From Pristiophorus japonicus (taxonomy: Eukaryota), in contig NC_091987.1 in the NCBI RefSeq assembly GCF_044704955.1, positions 188,790,001 to 188,854,000 on the forward strand: DNA of 64,000 nt, read 5' to 3'. The position numbers were made by a program, and so were the translations under genes. Position 1 is the stretch's first letter. The number at the start of each line of letters is the position of its first letter. Positions 61,802-64,000 of the stretch are shown here, piece by piece. Below the pieces are notes generated by a model. The model was not told where the DNA came from, did no database searches, and saw only the letters and a program-made list of their open reading frames with translations.

Positions 61802-62884
61802 ATAGAACACATCAATAGTCAGTGTAAAACATGTCAATTGGTGAGCAAGAAACCATCATCAGTACCATTACAGCCATGGAAATGGCTTCCCAGAGTGGGG
61901 CAAAGGTTACATGTAGATTTTGCTGAGCAAGAAGTACAGCAATTGTTCATTGTGATTAATAATCATTCAAAGTGGGTAGAGGTGTTTCCGATGCATAAAA
62001 TAATAACAAGTAAAACACTAGGCAATTTGCGAAGATTGTTTTCTTCATATGGCCTTCCAGAAGAAATTGTGTCTGATAATGAGTTGCAATTTAGTTCAGA
62101 AGAAGTTTGCATAGCTCATGAGCAGAAATGGTGTGAAACATACCAAAGTTCCACCATACCACCCTGCTTCAAATGGTGCAGCAGAGCGCAACAGTTGCAT
62201 GTCCTCATCAAGCAACTGTTGGAAACAAATACAAGGAAACGGCAGTTGTCATTGGACCACAAACTAGAAAATATTCTAATTCCTTTTCGTAGTACTCATA
62301 CAACTAGTGGTAGAACACCAGCAGAATTGTTTCTCAAACGACAGCCACAAACCAGGTTCTCAATGTTAAAGCCAAACTTGGCACAGTCAGTAGAAGAGAA
62401 ACAATCAAGACAGAAAGAGAATCATGACAGAGTAAGGGAGAGAAGTGTGAAATTGAATCAGAAGATTAGAGTGAAGAACCATCACCATAAATGGTTAAAG
62501 TGGTTACCAGGAAGAATAGTGAAGATATGTGGCCCTCGCACATATTTGATCAAGATCGTGAAAAGGTTAGGTTTGTTCACATTGATCATATTTTGCCTAC
62601 AGATGTGGAAGTTGAAAGTTGTGATGATTCGATTATTTCTGATAAGTCAGATAGTCTTGTTACAAGTAGTGCACCAGTAGAAAATCCTACATCAGGTGTA
62701 CTAGAAACAAGTCCACAAGAAAGTCAGAATTTAAGTCTGAGTCTGAGTTAGGCAGACAAATAGTCTGAAATTGTAGAGACTCCAAATGTAGATCAAGGTA
62801 AGCCCTTGGAGAAAAACTCTCCTCAGGCTCAGCCTAAAATGAGTCTAAGTCTCAAAACAAGATTGGTAAGTTCTGTTCAAGAAC

Positions 62885-64000
62885 TTCAAGACTACAAAAG
62901 AAGCACCAACCAGCGTCAAGAGCGGGAGAATTCGGGACTACAAAAGGAGCTAGCTGTGAGCAGCACAAACGGACCCATAAGGGGAGAGAAAAATAAAGAG
63001 TGACAAGAGTGACTTCACCAGAAACCAGGTCGGTGATTGGTGAGTATTTTTCTCTCTTTTTTTTTCTACACTTGGACAGTGGTTTAACTTAAGAGCGGGG
63101 TTTACAGATTAAAACTATACACAGATAATTCAAAATCCAAAACTTCAAAATGTAAAACTTGAAAAATGAATTAATTAAATAAATACATTAGAGATGGCAG
63201 GGGAGGCGATGTGTTACTGCTGCAGCATGTGGGAGCTGATGGACACCAGTTTGATCCACGGCCACCACATCTGCAGTAAATGTTGTCTGCTCGAGGAATT
63301 TTGGCTCCGTGTTGATGAGCTGGAGACCAAGCTTCCAACACTGCGACACATCAGGGATGGGGAGCGTTACCTGGATGGTGTGTTCCAGCAGTCAGTCACA
63401 CCCCTTAGGTTAAATAATTCAAATTAATCTGTGCTCAGGAACAGGAGGGTGTGACTGCGAGTGAGGCAGGTATGGGGACCCAGAAGGTAGCATTGGCGGA
63501 GCCTCAGCCCTTGCTCTTGTCCAACAGGTACGAGATTCTTGCTCCCTGTGGTGGACGAAAGCATGGGTTATGGACATCACCTCTGGGCTGATGGGGAACT
63601 TGGAGTGGGAGGAGAAGTATCCAGTTGTCGTGGTCCATATAGGTACCAATAACAAAGAAAGAAGTTCTGCTGAGTGAGTATGATTAGCTAGGGGCTAAAT
63701 TAAAAAGCAGAACCACAAATGTATGTGATGCAAACTGTCTTTGCAGCTTATTGTATTGGTGCCCATCATGCTCAGTATGCCACAGTAAGGTGTTCTTTTC
63801 CATATTGATGGTGTGGAGGGCGAGGGGAAGATGCCCACTCGAGGGGTATTTCTCTGACGGGGTACTGCAAACAATGTGAAGCCACACATGAGTTAATTAA
63901 TTCAAATTTGTTCCATGGTCAGGGACAGGAGGGTGTGACTATGAGTGAGGCAGTTATGGGGACCTAGGATGTCGTGATGGAGGAGCCTCAAGCCTTGCTC
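62885..64000 (+). mobile_element. CR1 5' region / ORF1 fragments (two partial copies)
   Basis: CxxCxMWE..CSKC..LRVDELE zinc-finger/coiled-coil and esterase-like PVVVVHIGTN. The stretch 63435-63520 recurs at 63915-64000. Confidence 0.75.

Larger units (their letters stand above)
57902..62880 (+). mobile_element. Old, internally deleted Gypsy element interrupted by two MITEs
   Basis: Putative LTR 57902-58019 (TG..CA), CpG-decayed PBS TGGTGATGAGGATAGGAT, gag start near 60086, RT remnant (LDLTNAY), RNase H (DHKPL) and integrase (LHVDFA, IVSDN). No 3' LTR was seen. Confidence 0.8.

Overview
Repeat-dense vertebrate genomic DNA, most likely a cartilaginous fish (inferred from DeuSINE-type SINEs and CR1 LINEs with (TTCTTATG)n tails). 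The only host gene I can reconstruct is a + strand immunoglobulin-superfamily receptor: leader (22989-23058), V domain with a germline-joined J-like GxGS strand (23763-24110), C1-like domain (34431-34733), C2-type domain (52601-52921) and a TM exon with an intramembrane Arg (54146-54234). All junctions are GT-AG and phase 1, giving about 376 aa. This V(J)-C1-C2-TM(Arg) layout looks like an activating, non-rearranging relative of antigen receptors. It has a suspicious stop at the TM end and a dead duplicate of the C1 exon. Most of the rest is transposable elements: Gypsy LTR elements with tRNA-Ser PBS and 5-bp TSDs, CR1/Tx1 LINEs, SINEs and PIF/Harbinger-type elements and MITEs. Intron 3 holds a four-level nest. 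Its core is an 11.1-kb three-LTR composite (TSD GTCGG) carrying a head-to-head CR1 pair and a ~2.5-kb block that is an inverted copy of 17316-19816, so the two copies bracket exons 1-3. All calls were made by eye, without database searches.
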